The notes beneath the pieces are model-generated. The model did not search any database, was not told where the DNA came from, and saw only the letters and a program-made list of their open reading frames with translations. A stretch of DNA of 64,000 bases, from positions 1 to 64,000 of the forward strand of contig CM082577.2 in the NCBI GenBank assembly GCA_040954595.2, read 5' to 3'. The stretch is from Balanoglossus misakiensis. Lineage: Eukaryota; Animalia; Hemichordata. The position numbers and the translations under genes were made by a program. Shown piece by piece: positions 1 to 10,800 of the stretch; position 1 is the first letter of the stretch; each line of letters opens with the position of its first letter.

Positions 1-2190
1 TAACCCTAAACCCCTTACCCTATCCCTAATCCCTAACCCTATCCCTAACCCTAACCTAACCCTAACCCCTAACACTAACCATAACCCTAACCTAACCCTA
101 CCCTAAACCCTAACCCTAACCCAAACCCTAACCCTAACCCTAACCCTAACCCTAACCCTAACCCTAACCCTAACCCTAACCCAACCACCTAACCCTAACC
201 TAACCCTAACCCTAACCCTAACCCTAACCCTACCCTAACCCTAACCTAACCCTAACCCTAACCCTAACTCTAACCCTAACCCAAACCCTAACCCTAACCT
301 AACCCTAACCCTAACCCTAACCCTAACCCTAACCCTAACCCTAACCCTAACCCCTACCCTAACCAACCTAACCCTAACCCTAACCCTAACCCTAACCCTA
401 ACCCTAACCCTAACCCTAACCCTAACCCTAACCCTAACCCTAACCCTAACCCTAACCCTAACCCTAACCCTAACCCTAACCCTAACCCTAACCCTAACCC
501 TAACCCTAACCCTAACCCTAACCCTAACCCTAACCCTAACCCTAACCCTAACCCTAACCCTAACCCTAACCTAACCCTAACCCTAACCCTAACCCTAACC
601 CTAACCCTAACCCTAACCCTAACCCTAACCCTAACCCTAACCCTAACCCTAACCCTAACCCTAACCCTAACCCTAACCCTAACCCTAACCCTAACCCTAA
701 CCCTAACCCTAACCCTAACCCTAACCCTAACCCTAACCCTAACCCTAACCCTAACCCTAACCCTAACCCTAACCCTAACCCTAACCCTAACCCTAACCCT
801 AACCCTAACCCTAACCCTAACCCTAACCCTAACCCTAACCCTAACCCTAACCCTAACCCTAACCCTAACCCTAACCCTAACCCTAACCCTAACCCTAACC
901 CTAACCCTAACCCTAACCCTAACCCTAACCCTAACCCTAACCCTAACCCTAACCCTAACCCTAACCCTAACCCTAACCCTAACCCTAACCCTAACCCTAA
1001 CCCTAACCCTAACCCTAACCCTAACCCTAACCCTAACCCTAACCCTAACCCTAACCCTAACCCTAACCCTAACCCTAACCCTAACCCTAACCCTAACCCT
1101 AACCCTAACCCTAACCCTAACCCTAACCCTAACCCTAACCCTAACCCTAACCCTAACCCTAACCCTAACCCTAACCCTAACCCTAACCCTAACCCTAACC
1201 CTAACCCTAACCCTAACCCTAACCCTAACCCTAACCCTAACCCTAACCCTAACCCTAACCCTAACCCTAACCCTAACCCTAACCCTAACCCTAACCCTAA
1301 CCCTAACCCTAACCCTAACCCTAACCCTAACCCTAACCCTAACCCTAACCCTAACCCTAACCCTAACCCTAACCCTAACCCTAACCCTAACCCTAACCCT
1401 AACCCTAACCCTAACCCTAACCCTAACCCTAACCCTAACCCTAACCCTAACCCTAACCCTAACCCTAACCCTAACCCTAACCCTAACCCTAACCCTAACC
1501 CTAACCCTAACCCTAACCCTAACCCTAACCCTAACCCTAACCCTAACCCTAACCCTAACCCTAACCCTAACCCTAACCCTAACCCTAACCCTAACCCTAA
1601 CCCTAACCCTAACCCTAACCCTAACCCTAACCCTAACCCTAACCCTAACCCTAACCCTAACCCTAACCCTAACCCTAACCCTAACCCTAACCCTAACCCT
1701 AACCCTAACCCTAACCCTAACCCTAACCCTAACCCTAACCCTAACCCTAACCCTAACCCTAACCCTAACCCTAACCCTAACCCTAACCCTAACCCTAACC
1801 CTAACCCTAACCCTAACCCTAACCCTAACCCTAACCCTAACCCTAACCCTAACCCTAACCCTAACCCTAACCCTAACCCTAACCCTAACCCTAACCCTAA
1901 CCCTAACCCTAACCCTAACCCTAACCCTAACCCTAACCCTAACCCTAACCCTAACCCTAACCCTAACCCTAACCCTAACCCTAACCCTAACCCTAACCCT
2001 AACCCTAACCCTAACCCTAACCCTAACCCTAACCCTAACCCTAACCCTAACCCTAACCCTAACCCTAACCCTAACCCTAACCCTAACCCTAACCCTAACC
2101 CTAACCCTAACCCTAACCCTAACCCTAATCCTAACCCTAACCCTAACCCTAACCCTAACCCTAACCCTAACCCTAACCCTAATCCTAACC
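1..2190. repeat. Telomeric repeat array (CCCTAA)n / (TTAGGG)n, chromosome end
   Basis: Roughly 365 tandem CCCTAA units from base 1, C-rich strand on +, as expected for a left chromosome end. The first ~370 bp are irregular. Two TCCTAA variants lie near the proximal junction (~2129, ~2183). Confidence 0.99.
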
Positions 2191-2197
2191 TATGCCT

Positions 2198-2242
2198 AAG
2201 TTGCGGTCGACTTCCAGCCGGAACGCTGCGGTGAAACGGGCC
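2198..2242 (+). repeat. Single degenerate monomer of the 46-bp subtelomeric satellite abutting the telomere
   Basis: AAGTTGCGGTCGACTTCCAGCCGGAACGCTGCGGTGAAACGGGCC aligns to the array variant AAGTTGCGGCGACTTCCGGTCGTAACGGCGCGGTGAATCCGGGCC in the same orientation as the main array. Confidence 0.85.
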
Positions 2243-2261
2243 TGAGGAGGGAGCCCACTTA

Positions 2262-4260
2262 CTATGAAATTCGAAATACTAGCAACAAACGGCAAACTAG
2301 CAACATCGTATTTCTTTGATTCCGCCGCCACGTTTTCTCAAAAATTGTAACAACGTCACAATTTAGTAGACTAAGAGGCGTCCCCCATCCCTATTGCGCA
2401 GTTGAAATACGTGCGTGTTGAGAGAGACGTGTCGACTCGAACACGGACGACGAGAGTTGTTAAGCGTGTCGAACGCTGCTCCTCCCACTTCAGGTCAGTA
2501 GATTCCTGTGAAGCAGAGATGTGAATTTTGCTGTTCCTAGTGCCGCGGGTGTATCCCGTCTGTTGAACTTTTTTTAGAGATTGAGATGAGAATTAGCAAT
2601 GTAGGATAGAGACGACGTACCAAACTGCCATGTTGTATTCTGAATTTGTGTTGAAATAAATACGACAGAATAGTTTGAACGGCATTGCTGTGTGGACTGA
2701 TAGTTTTGTGGCAAATTCGGGCGTGCGAGACCGCCGCTAACCTTGCCGCGATCACCCGGCCGCTTGAGAACTTTCTCGACCTAAGCATGAACTTGTTGTT
2801 TGTGGCAGCAATCGTGACAGGTTAGGGAGCATTCGTTTTTTACAGGGAGGGGGGGGCCGGTGGAAATCAGGGGGGGGGTTTACTTTTACAAAGCAGTTTT
2901 TAGGGGGGGACAAATTTTATAATCAAGGGATTATTATATAGGGACTGAAAGGGGGGGACTTGAAAACTTTGACGGCTAAATATTTATTTTGAGTCCACAA
3001 AAATGCAGTTTCGCGTCCTTTATTTTACAAAATTTTCTAATATGGGAGGGGGACACCCCCTCCCACACCCACCCCCTCCATTCATCAACACCTTTCAATC
3101 ATTGACTGGTTTATCTAGTGTCCCAGGTCAGGGGACTTGCCCCCACCCCATGATAACTTTGAGCGGCGACGTTAATTTGCTTTTGCTGGGTTCATTAAAA
3201 TGCAGCTTTGAGCTCTGTATTTTATAAAAAATTTCTTATGTGGGAGGGGGACACCCCCTCCCAAACCCACCCCCTTCAATTCTCGGTTTACAATGTCTCC
3301 CAACACAGAATACAAATACTTAAAATATAAAAACAATGTTCAGTAGACATGTAAATGAACAGACATAAATTGACAACAGAGAAAAAGATGCTGAAAAAAG
3401 ACAAACTGAAAATAGTTGAAGCGCACATATGTGGTATGTCGAACATACACCAATATCTGACAAAGTTTGATAAGTTAATCCGGTGGATAAACTTTTTTTT
3501 TTGGGGGGGGGTCACATTTTAGAAAAGTAATTTCCAGGGGGGGTTGCCTTTTACATTTAGTCGGCGACTCAAATTCCACCGGCCCCCCCCCCCCTCCCTG
3601 TAAAAAACGAATGCTCCCTTACGTTGTTTGAAAAATAACGTTAACGCGTCATCGCGCCCAGCGGCGGACGCCACATGAATTTTTTTCTGATCTGGCTTTT
3701 TCAACATGTTTGTTTGGCGTTCATGATTAAGTATATATCCATGTTCTTGTTCCGCTATTTCCCATTCCGAAAACCCTAACATTATAAACGTGAACACTTT
3801 GACTAGAAAAGGCCTCAGACACCTTAATATGCTGTCCGGCAGCCGGGGTGGGATATCCGACTGTGGTGCACCTCAAAGTGGCGTGGAGCTGGTCATGTTT
3901 GGAGCAGTGCAGCCAGCCGGTGGATCGACGTCCCACACTTTCATACCTGCCGGCGTGCGGCAATCGGCAAGAACCCATCGGAAGAAACGCAGTCTGTTCA
4001 AGCACAAATGTCCCGGTCAGAAGGTAACTACGAGCTTCGTAGAGCAGCGTTCGACACGCTAAAAACTCTCGTCGTCCGTGTTCGAGTCGACACGTCTCTC
4101 TCAACACGCACGTACTTCAACTGCGCAATAGGGATGGGGGACGCCGCTTTGTCTACTAAATTGTGACGTTGTTACAATTTTTGAGAAAACGTGGCGGCGG
4201 AATCAAAGAAATACGATGTTGCTAGTTTGCCGTTTGTTGCTAGTATTTCGAATTTCATAG
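2262..4260. mobile_element. Non-autonomous DNA transposon with ~220-bp TIRs and TA TSD (Tc1/mariner-type target)
   Basis: 2262-2481 (CTATGAAATTCGAAATACTAGC...) is the near-perfect reverse complement of 4042-4260 (...GCTAGTATTTCGAATTTCATAG). TA lies at 2260-2261 and 4261-4262. No recognisable transposase ORF. Confidence 0.9.
2825..3618. mobile_element. PIF/Harbinger-type MITE nested in the TA MITE
   Basis: ~40-bp TIRs GGGAGCATTCGTTTTTTACAGGGAGG..CCGGTGGAA / TTCCACCGG..CCTCCCTGTAAAAAACGAATGCTCCC. Direct TTA TSD at 2822-2824 and 3619-3621. Internal direct repeat TGGGAGGGGGACACCCCCTCCCA at ~3043 and ~3243. Confidence 0.88.
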
Positions 4261-4407
4261 TAATTCTGCCATGCTGTTTCGATTTTGGCGTGGAGAGCGT
4301 CTCAGTGTGTGTTACAATACCTGGCAATGTTCTGTGCAGTCGAGTCCGTTGGTTTCTTCTGATCACTACTTCAGCGAAGGTTTCTAGTTGACGGCTAAAG
4401 TCACCTT

Positions 4408-4418
4408 TCCTAACACCA
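4408..4418 (-). promoter_or_regulatory. Primer-binding site (tRNA-Leu type) of LTR retrotransposon
   Basis: TGGTGTTAGGA immediately follows the LTR ...CA end on the minus strand, one mismatch from TGGTGTCAGGA (complement of a tRNA-Leu 3' end). Confidence 0.7.
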
Positions 4419-4642
4419 TGTTATGTTATTGACTATTATTATTCCGGAGACCGTGGGGTGGATCGATGACCAGGACTGACTAACGCAACATTTATTCAGG
4501 GTAGATGTGCGCGACTGTGCCTACAGTCCGCCATGAACAACAGCAAGAGAGAGAAGTAACAGCAGGGTTACATGCACTAGAAATCAGGGGGCGAGCGAGG
4601 GCGCTATAGCAAGGATAGCTGTCACAAGGTGATAACACAACA
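4419..4642 (-). mobile_element. Long terminal repeat (Gypsy-like), 224 bp
   Basis: Minus strand begins TGTTGTGTTA and ends TAACATAACA (TG..CA with a 9/10 terminal inverted repeat). It contains AATAAA (plus TTTATT 4491-4496) and is flanked by a PPT on the 5' side and a PBS on the 3' side. Confidence 0.8.
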
Positions 4643-4653
4643 TCCCCCTTTTT
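4643..4653 (-). promoter_or_regulatory. Polypurine tract of LTR retrotransposon
   Basis: AAAAAGGGGGA lies directly before the LTR TG on the minus strand. Confidence 0.75.
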
Positions 4654-4767
4654 AAGAAAAAGTGATAGAACACAGTTTGGCAAAATCTGAACTTGTGAAT
4701 GTCAATAACAATGTTTTTCAATAAATGAACTCATAACTGAAGTGTCACTGATTGAGCTCATGAGAGT

Positions 4768-4815
4768 TCACAAGTCTAGGCGCTCTGGTTTCCTTATCTT
4801 ACGCTGGGAACGGCG
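4768..4815 (-). pseudogene. C-terminal tail of Gypsy-like pol/integrase (RRSQRKIRKPERLDL*)
   Basis: Matches the RRSxRxxKxPxRLDL* ending typical of Gypsy Pol. The stop is ~115 nt upstream of the PPT, and the tail is fused in frame to the satellite. Confidence 0.7.
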
Positions 4816-7800
4816 ACTTCCAGTCGTAACGGCGCGGTGAATCCGGGCCAAGTTGCCGGCGACTTCCTGTCGTAACGGCGCGGTGAATCCGGGCCAAGTT
4901 GCGGCGACTTCCGGTCGTAACGGCGCGGAGAATCCCGGCCAAGATGCCGGCGACTTCCGGTCGTAACGGCGCGGTGAATCTGGGCCAAGTTGCCGGCGAC
5001 TTCCTGTGAATCCGGGCCAAGTTGCGGCGACTTCCGGTCGTAACGGCGCGGTGAATCCGGGCCAAGTTGCGGCGACTTCCGGTCGTAACGGCGCGGAGAA
5101 TCCCGGCCAAGATGCCGGCGACTTCCGGTCGTAACGGCGCGGTGAATCAGGGCCAAGTTGCCGGCGACTTCCTGTGAATCCGGGCCAAGTTGCGGCGACT
5201 TCCGGTCGTAACGGCGCGGTGAATCCAGGCCAAGTTGCCGGCGACTTCCGGTCGTAACGGCGCAGTGAATCCAGGCCAAGTTGCCGGCGACTTCCGGTCA
5301 TAACGGCGCGGTGAATCTGGGCCAAGTTGCCGGCAACTTCCTGTGGTAATGGCGCGGTGAATCTGGGCCAAGTTGCCGGTGACTTCCGGTGGTAATGGCG
5401 CGGTGATTCTGGGCAAAGTTGCCGCCGACTTCCGGTGGTAACGGCGCGGTGAATCTGGGCCAAGTTGCCGGCGACTTCCGGTCGTAACGGCGCAAGAATC
5501 TGGGCCAAGTTGCCGGAGACTTCCTGTGAATCCGGGCCAAGTTGCCGGCGACTTCCTGTCGTAACGGCGCGGTGAATCCGGGCCAAGTTGCGGCGACTTC
5601 CGGTCGTAACGGCGCGGAGAATCCCGGCCAAGATGCCGGCGACTTCCGGTCGTAACGGCGCGGTGAATCTGGGCCAAGTTGCCGGCGACTTCCTGTGAAT
5701 CCGGGCCAAGTTGCGGCGACTTCCGGTCGTAACGGCGCGGTGAATCCGGGCCAAGTTGCGGCGACTTCCGGTCGTAACGGCGCGGAGAATCCCGGCCAAG
5801 ATGCCGGCGACTTCCGGTCGTAATGGCGTGGTGAATCTGGGCCAAGTTGCCGGCGACTTCCGGTCGTAACGGCGTGGTGAATCCGGGCCAAGTTGCCAGC
5901 GACTTCCGGTCATAACGGCGCGGTGAATCTGGGCCAAGTTGCCGGCAACTTCCTGTGGTAATGGCGCGGTGAATCTGGGCCAAGTTGCCGACGACTTCCG
6001 GTGGTAATGGCGCGGTGATTCTGGGCAAAGTTGCCGCCGACTTCCGGTGGTAACGGCGCGGTGAATCTGGGCCAAGTTGCCGGCGACTTCCGGTCGTAAC
6101 GGCGCTAGAATCTGGGCCAAGTTGCCGGAGACTTCCTGTGAATCCGGGCCAAGTTGCGGCGACTTCCGGTCGTAACGGCGCGGTGAATCTGGGCCAAGTT
6201 GCCGGCGACTTCCGGTGGTAACGGCGCGGTGAATCCGGGCCAAGTTGCCGGCGACTTCCGGTCGTAACGGCATGGTGAATCTGGGCCAAATTGATGGCGA
6301 CTTCCTGTGAATCCGGGCCAAGTTGCCGGCGACTTCCGGTCGTAACGGCGCAGTGAATCCAGGCCAAGTTGCCGGCGACTTCCGGTCATAACGGCGCGGT
6401 GAATCTGGGCCAAGTTGCCGGCAACTTCCTGTGGTAATGGCGCGGTGAATCTGGGCCAAGTTGCCGGCGACTTCCGGTGGTAATGGCGCGGTGATTCTGG
6501 GCAAAGTTGCCGCCGACTTCCGGTGGTAACGGCACGGTGAATCTGGGCCAAGTTGCCGGCGACTTCCGGTCGTAACGGCGCAAGAATCTGGGCCAAGTTG
6601 CCGGAGACTTCCTGTGAATCCGGGCCAAGTTGCGGCGACTTCCGGTCGTAACGGCGCTGTGAATCTGGGCCAAGTTGCCGGCGACTTCCGGTGGTAACGG
6701 CGCGGTGAATCCGGGCCAAGTTGCCGGCGACTTCCGGTCATAACGGCATGGTGAATCTGGGCCAAGTTGATGGCGACTTCCTGTGAATCTGGGCCAAGTT
6801 GCCGGCGACTTCCGGTGGTAACGGCGCGGTGAATCTGGGCCAAGTTGCCGGCGACTTCCTGTCGTAACGGCGCGGTGCATCTGGGCCAAGTTGCCGGTGA
6901 CTTCCGGTCGTAATGGCGTGGTGAATCTGGGCCAAGTTGCCGGCGACTTCCGGTCGTAACGGCGTGGTGAATCCGGGCCAAGTTGCCAGCGACTTCCGGT
7001 CATAACGGCGCGGTGAATCTGGGCCAAGTTGCCGGCAACTTCCTGTGGTAATGGCGCGGTGAATCTGGGCCAAGTTGCCGACGACTTCCGGTGGTAATGG
7101 CGCGGTGATTCTGGGCAAAGTTGCCGCCGACTTCCGGTGGTAACGGCGCGGTGAATCTGGGCCAAGTTGCCGGCGACTTCCGGTCGTAACGGCGCTAGAA
7201 TCTGGGCCAAGTTGCCGGAGACTTCCTGTGAATCCGGGCCAAGTTGCGGCGACTTCCGGTCGTAACGGCGCGGTGAATCTGGGCCAAGTTGCCGGCGACT
7301 TTCGGTGGTAACGGCGCGGTGAATCCGGGCCAAGTTGCCGGCGACTTCCGGTCGTAACGGCATGGTGAATCTGGGCCAAATTGATGGCGACTTCCTGTGA
7401 ATCCGGGCCAAGTTGCCGGCGACTTCCGGTGGTAACGGCGCGGTGAATCTGGGCCAAGTTGCCGGCGACTTCCTGTCGTAACGGCGCGGTGAATCTGGGC
7501 CAAGTTGCCGGTGACTTCCGGTCGTAATGGCGTGGTGAATCTGGGCCAAGTTGCCGGCGACTTCCTGTCGTAACGGCGCGGTGAATCTGGGCCAAGTTGC
7601 CGTCGACTTCCGGTGGTAACAGCGCGGTGAATCCGGGCCAAGTTGCGGCGACTTCCGGTCGTAACGGCGCGGCGAATCCGGGCGAAGTTGCTGGCGACTT
7701 TCGGTCATAACGGCGCGGTGAATCTGGGCCAAGTTGCCGGCGACTTCCTGTCGTAATGGCGTGGTTATTCTGGGCCAAGTTGCCGGCGATTTCCTGTGGT

Positions 7801-10800
7801 AACGGCGCGGTGAATCTGGGCCAAGTTGATGGCGACTTCCTGTGAATCCGGGCCAAGTTGCGGCGACTGCCGGTCGTAACGGCGCGGTGAATCTGGGCCA
7901 AGTTGCCGGCGATTTCCTGTGGTAACGGCGCGGTGAATCTGGGCCAAGTTGATGGCGACTTCCTGTGAATCCGGGCCAAGTTGCCGGCGACTTCCGGTGG
8001 TAACGGCGCGGTGAATCTGGGCCAAGTTGCCGGCGAATTCCGGTCATAATGGCGTGGTGAATCTGGGCCAAGTTGCCGGCGACTTCCTGTCGTAATGGCG
8101 TGGTGAATCTGGGCCAAGTTGCCGGAGACTTCCTGTGAATCCGGGCCAAGTTGCGGCGACTTCCGGTCGTAACGGCGCGGTGAATCCGGGCCAAGTTGCC
8201 GGCGACTTCCGGTCGTAACGGCGCAGTGAATCCAGGCCAAGTTGCCGGCGACTTCCGGTCATAACGGCGCGGTGAATCTGGGCCAAGTTGCCGGCAACTT
8301 CCTGTGGTAATGGCGCGGTGAATCTGGGCCAAGTTGCCGGCGACTTCCGGTGGTAATGGCGCGGTGATTCTGGGCAAAGTTGCCGCCGACTTCCGGTGGT
8401 AACGGCGCGGTGAATCTGGGCCAAGTTGCCGGCGACTTCCGGTCGTAACGGCGCAAGAATCTGGGCCAAGTTGCCGGAGACTTCCTGTGAATCCGGGCCA
8501 AGTTGCGGCGACTTCCGGTCGTAACGGCGCTGTGAATCTGGGCCAAGTTGCCGGCGACTTCCGGTGGTAACGGCGCAGTGAATCCGGGCCAAGTTGCCGG
8601 CGACTTCCGGTCATAACGGCATGGTGAATCTGGGCCAAGTTGATGGCGACTTCCTGTGAATCTGGGCCAAGTTGCCGGCGACTTCCGGTGGTAACGGCGC
8701 GGTGAATCTGGGCCAAGTTGCCGGCGACTTCCTGTCGTAACGGCGCGGTGAATCTGGGCCAAGTTGCCGGTGACTTCCGGTCGTAATGGCGTGGTGAATC
8801 TGGGCCAAGTTGCCGGCGACTTCCGGTCGTAACGGCGTGGTGAATCCGGGCCAAGTTTCCAGCGACTTCCGGTCATAACGGCGCGGTGAATCTGGGCCAA
8901 GTTGCCGGCAACTTCCTGTGGTAATGGCGCGGTGAATCTGGGCCAAGTTGCCGACGACTTCCGGTGGTAATGGCGCGGTGATTCTGGGCAAAGTTGCCGC
9001 CGACTTCCGGTGGTAACGGCGCGGTGAATCTGGGCCAAGTTGCCGGCGACTTCCGGTCGTAACGGCGCTAGAATCTGGGCCAAGTTGCCGGAGACTTCCT
9101 GTGAATCCGGGCCAAGTTGCGGCGACTTCCGGTCGTAACGGCGCGGTGAATCTGGGCCAAGTTGCCGGCGACTTCCGGTGGTAACGGCGCGGTGAATCCG
9201 GGCCAAGTTGCCGGCGACTTCCGGTCGTAACGGCATGGTGAATCTGGGCCAAATTGATGGCGACTTCCTGTGAATCCGGGCCAAGTTGCCGGCGACTTCC
9301 GGTGGTAACGGCGCGGTGAATCTGGGCCAAGTTGCCGGCGACTTCCTGTCGTAACGGCGCGGTGAATCTGGGCCAAGTTGCCGGTGACTTCCGGTCGTAA
9401 TGGCGTGGTGAATCTGGGCCAAGTTGCCGGCGACTTCCTGTCGTAACGGCGCGGTGAATCTGGGCCAAGTTGCCGTCGACTTCCGGTGGTAACAGCGCGG
9501 TGAATCCGGGCCAAGTTGCGGCGACTTCCGGTCGTAACGGCGCGGCGAATCCGGGCGAAGTTGCTGGCGACTTTCGGTCATAACGGCGCGGTGAATCTGG
9601 GCCAAGTTGCCGGCGACTTCCTGTCGTAATGGCGTGGTTATTCTGGGCCAAGTTGCCGGCGATTTCCTGTGGTAACGGCGCGGTGAATCTGGGCCAAGTT
9701 GATGGCGACTTCCTGTGAATCCGGGCCAAGTTGCGGCGACTTCCGGTCGTAACGGCGCGGTGAATCTGGGCCAAGTTGCCGGCGATTTCCTGTGGTAACG
9801 GCGCGGTGAATCTGGGCCAAGTTGATGGCGACTTCCTGTGAATCCGGGCCAAGTTGCCGGCGACTTCCGGTGGTAACGGCGCGGTGAATCTGGGCCAAGT
9901 TGCCGGCGAATTCCGGTCATAATGGCGTGGTGAATCTGGGCCAAGTTGCCGGCGACTTCCTGTCGTAATGGCGTGGTGAATCTGGGCCAAGTTGCCGGAG
10001 ACTTCCTGTGAATCCGGGCCAAGTTGCGGCGACTTCCGGTCGTAACGGCGCGGTGAATCCGGGCCAAGTTGCCGGCGACTTCCGGTCGTAACGGCGTGGT
10101 GAATCCGGGCCAAGTTGCCAGTGACTTCCGGTCGTAACGGCGCGGTGAATCTGGGCCAAGTTGCCGGCAACTTCCTGTGGTAATGGCGCGGTGAATCTGG
10201 GCCAAGTTGCCGGCGACTTCCGGTGGTAATGGCGCGGTGATTCTGGGCCAAGTTGCCGGCGACTTCCGGTGGCAACGGCGCGGTGAATCTGGGCCAAGTT
10301 GCCGTCGACTTCCGGTCGTAACGGCGCAAGAATCTGGGCCAAGTTGCCGGCGACTTCCTGTCGAAACGGCGCGGTGAATCTGGGCCAAGTTGCCGGTGAC
10401 TTCCGGTCGTAATGGCGTGGTGAATCTGGGCCAAGTTGCCGGCGACTTCCTGTGGTAACGGCGCGGTGAATCTGGGCCAAGTTGATGGCGACTTCCTGTG
10501 AATCCGGGCCAAGTTGCGGCGACTTCCGGTCGTAACGGCGCGGTGAATCTGGGCCAAGTTGCCGGCGATTTCCTGTGGTAACGGGGCGGTGAATCTGGGC
10601 CAAGTTGATGGCGACTTCCTGTGAATCCGGGCCAAGTTGCCGGCGACTTCCGGTGGTAACGGCGCGGTGAATCTAAGGCAAGTTGCCGGCGACTTCCGGT
10701 CGTAATGGCGTGGTGAATCTGGGCCAAGTTGCCGGCGACTTCCTGTCGTAATGGCGTGGTGAATCTGGGCCAAGTTGCCGGCGACTTCCTGTGGTAACGG

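Larger units (their letters stand above)
2243..4272 (-). pseudogene. Truncated Gypsy-like gag N-terminus (MAELSGLPP...), interrupted by a MITE
   Basis: ATG at 4272, about 135 nt downstream of the PBS. Removing the 2262-4260 MITE and one TA restores ATG GCA GAA TTA AGT GGG CTC CCT CCT CAG. The MAELxGLP start resembles invertebrate Gypsy gag N-termini (from memory, not searched). Confidence 0.55.

Noticed and set aside
1-370. Irregular telomeric repeats at the extreme end
   Set aside because: Scattered single-base indels and substitutions at the contig tip are most simply low-coverage consensus errors.
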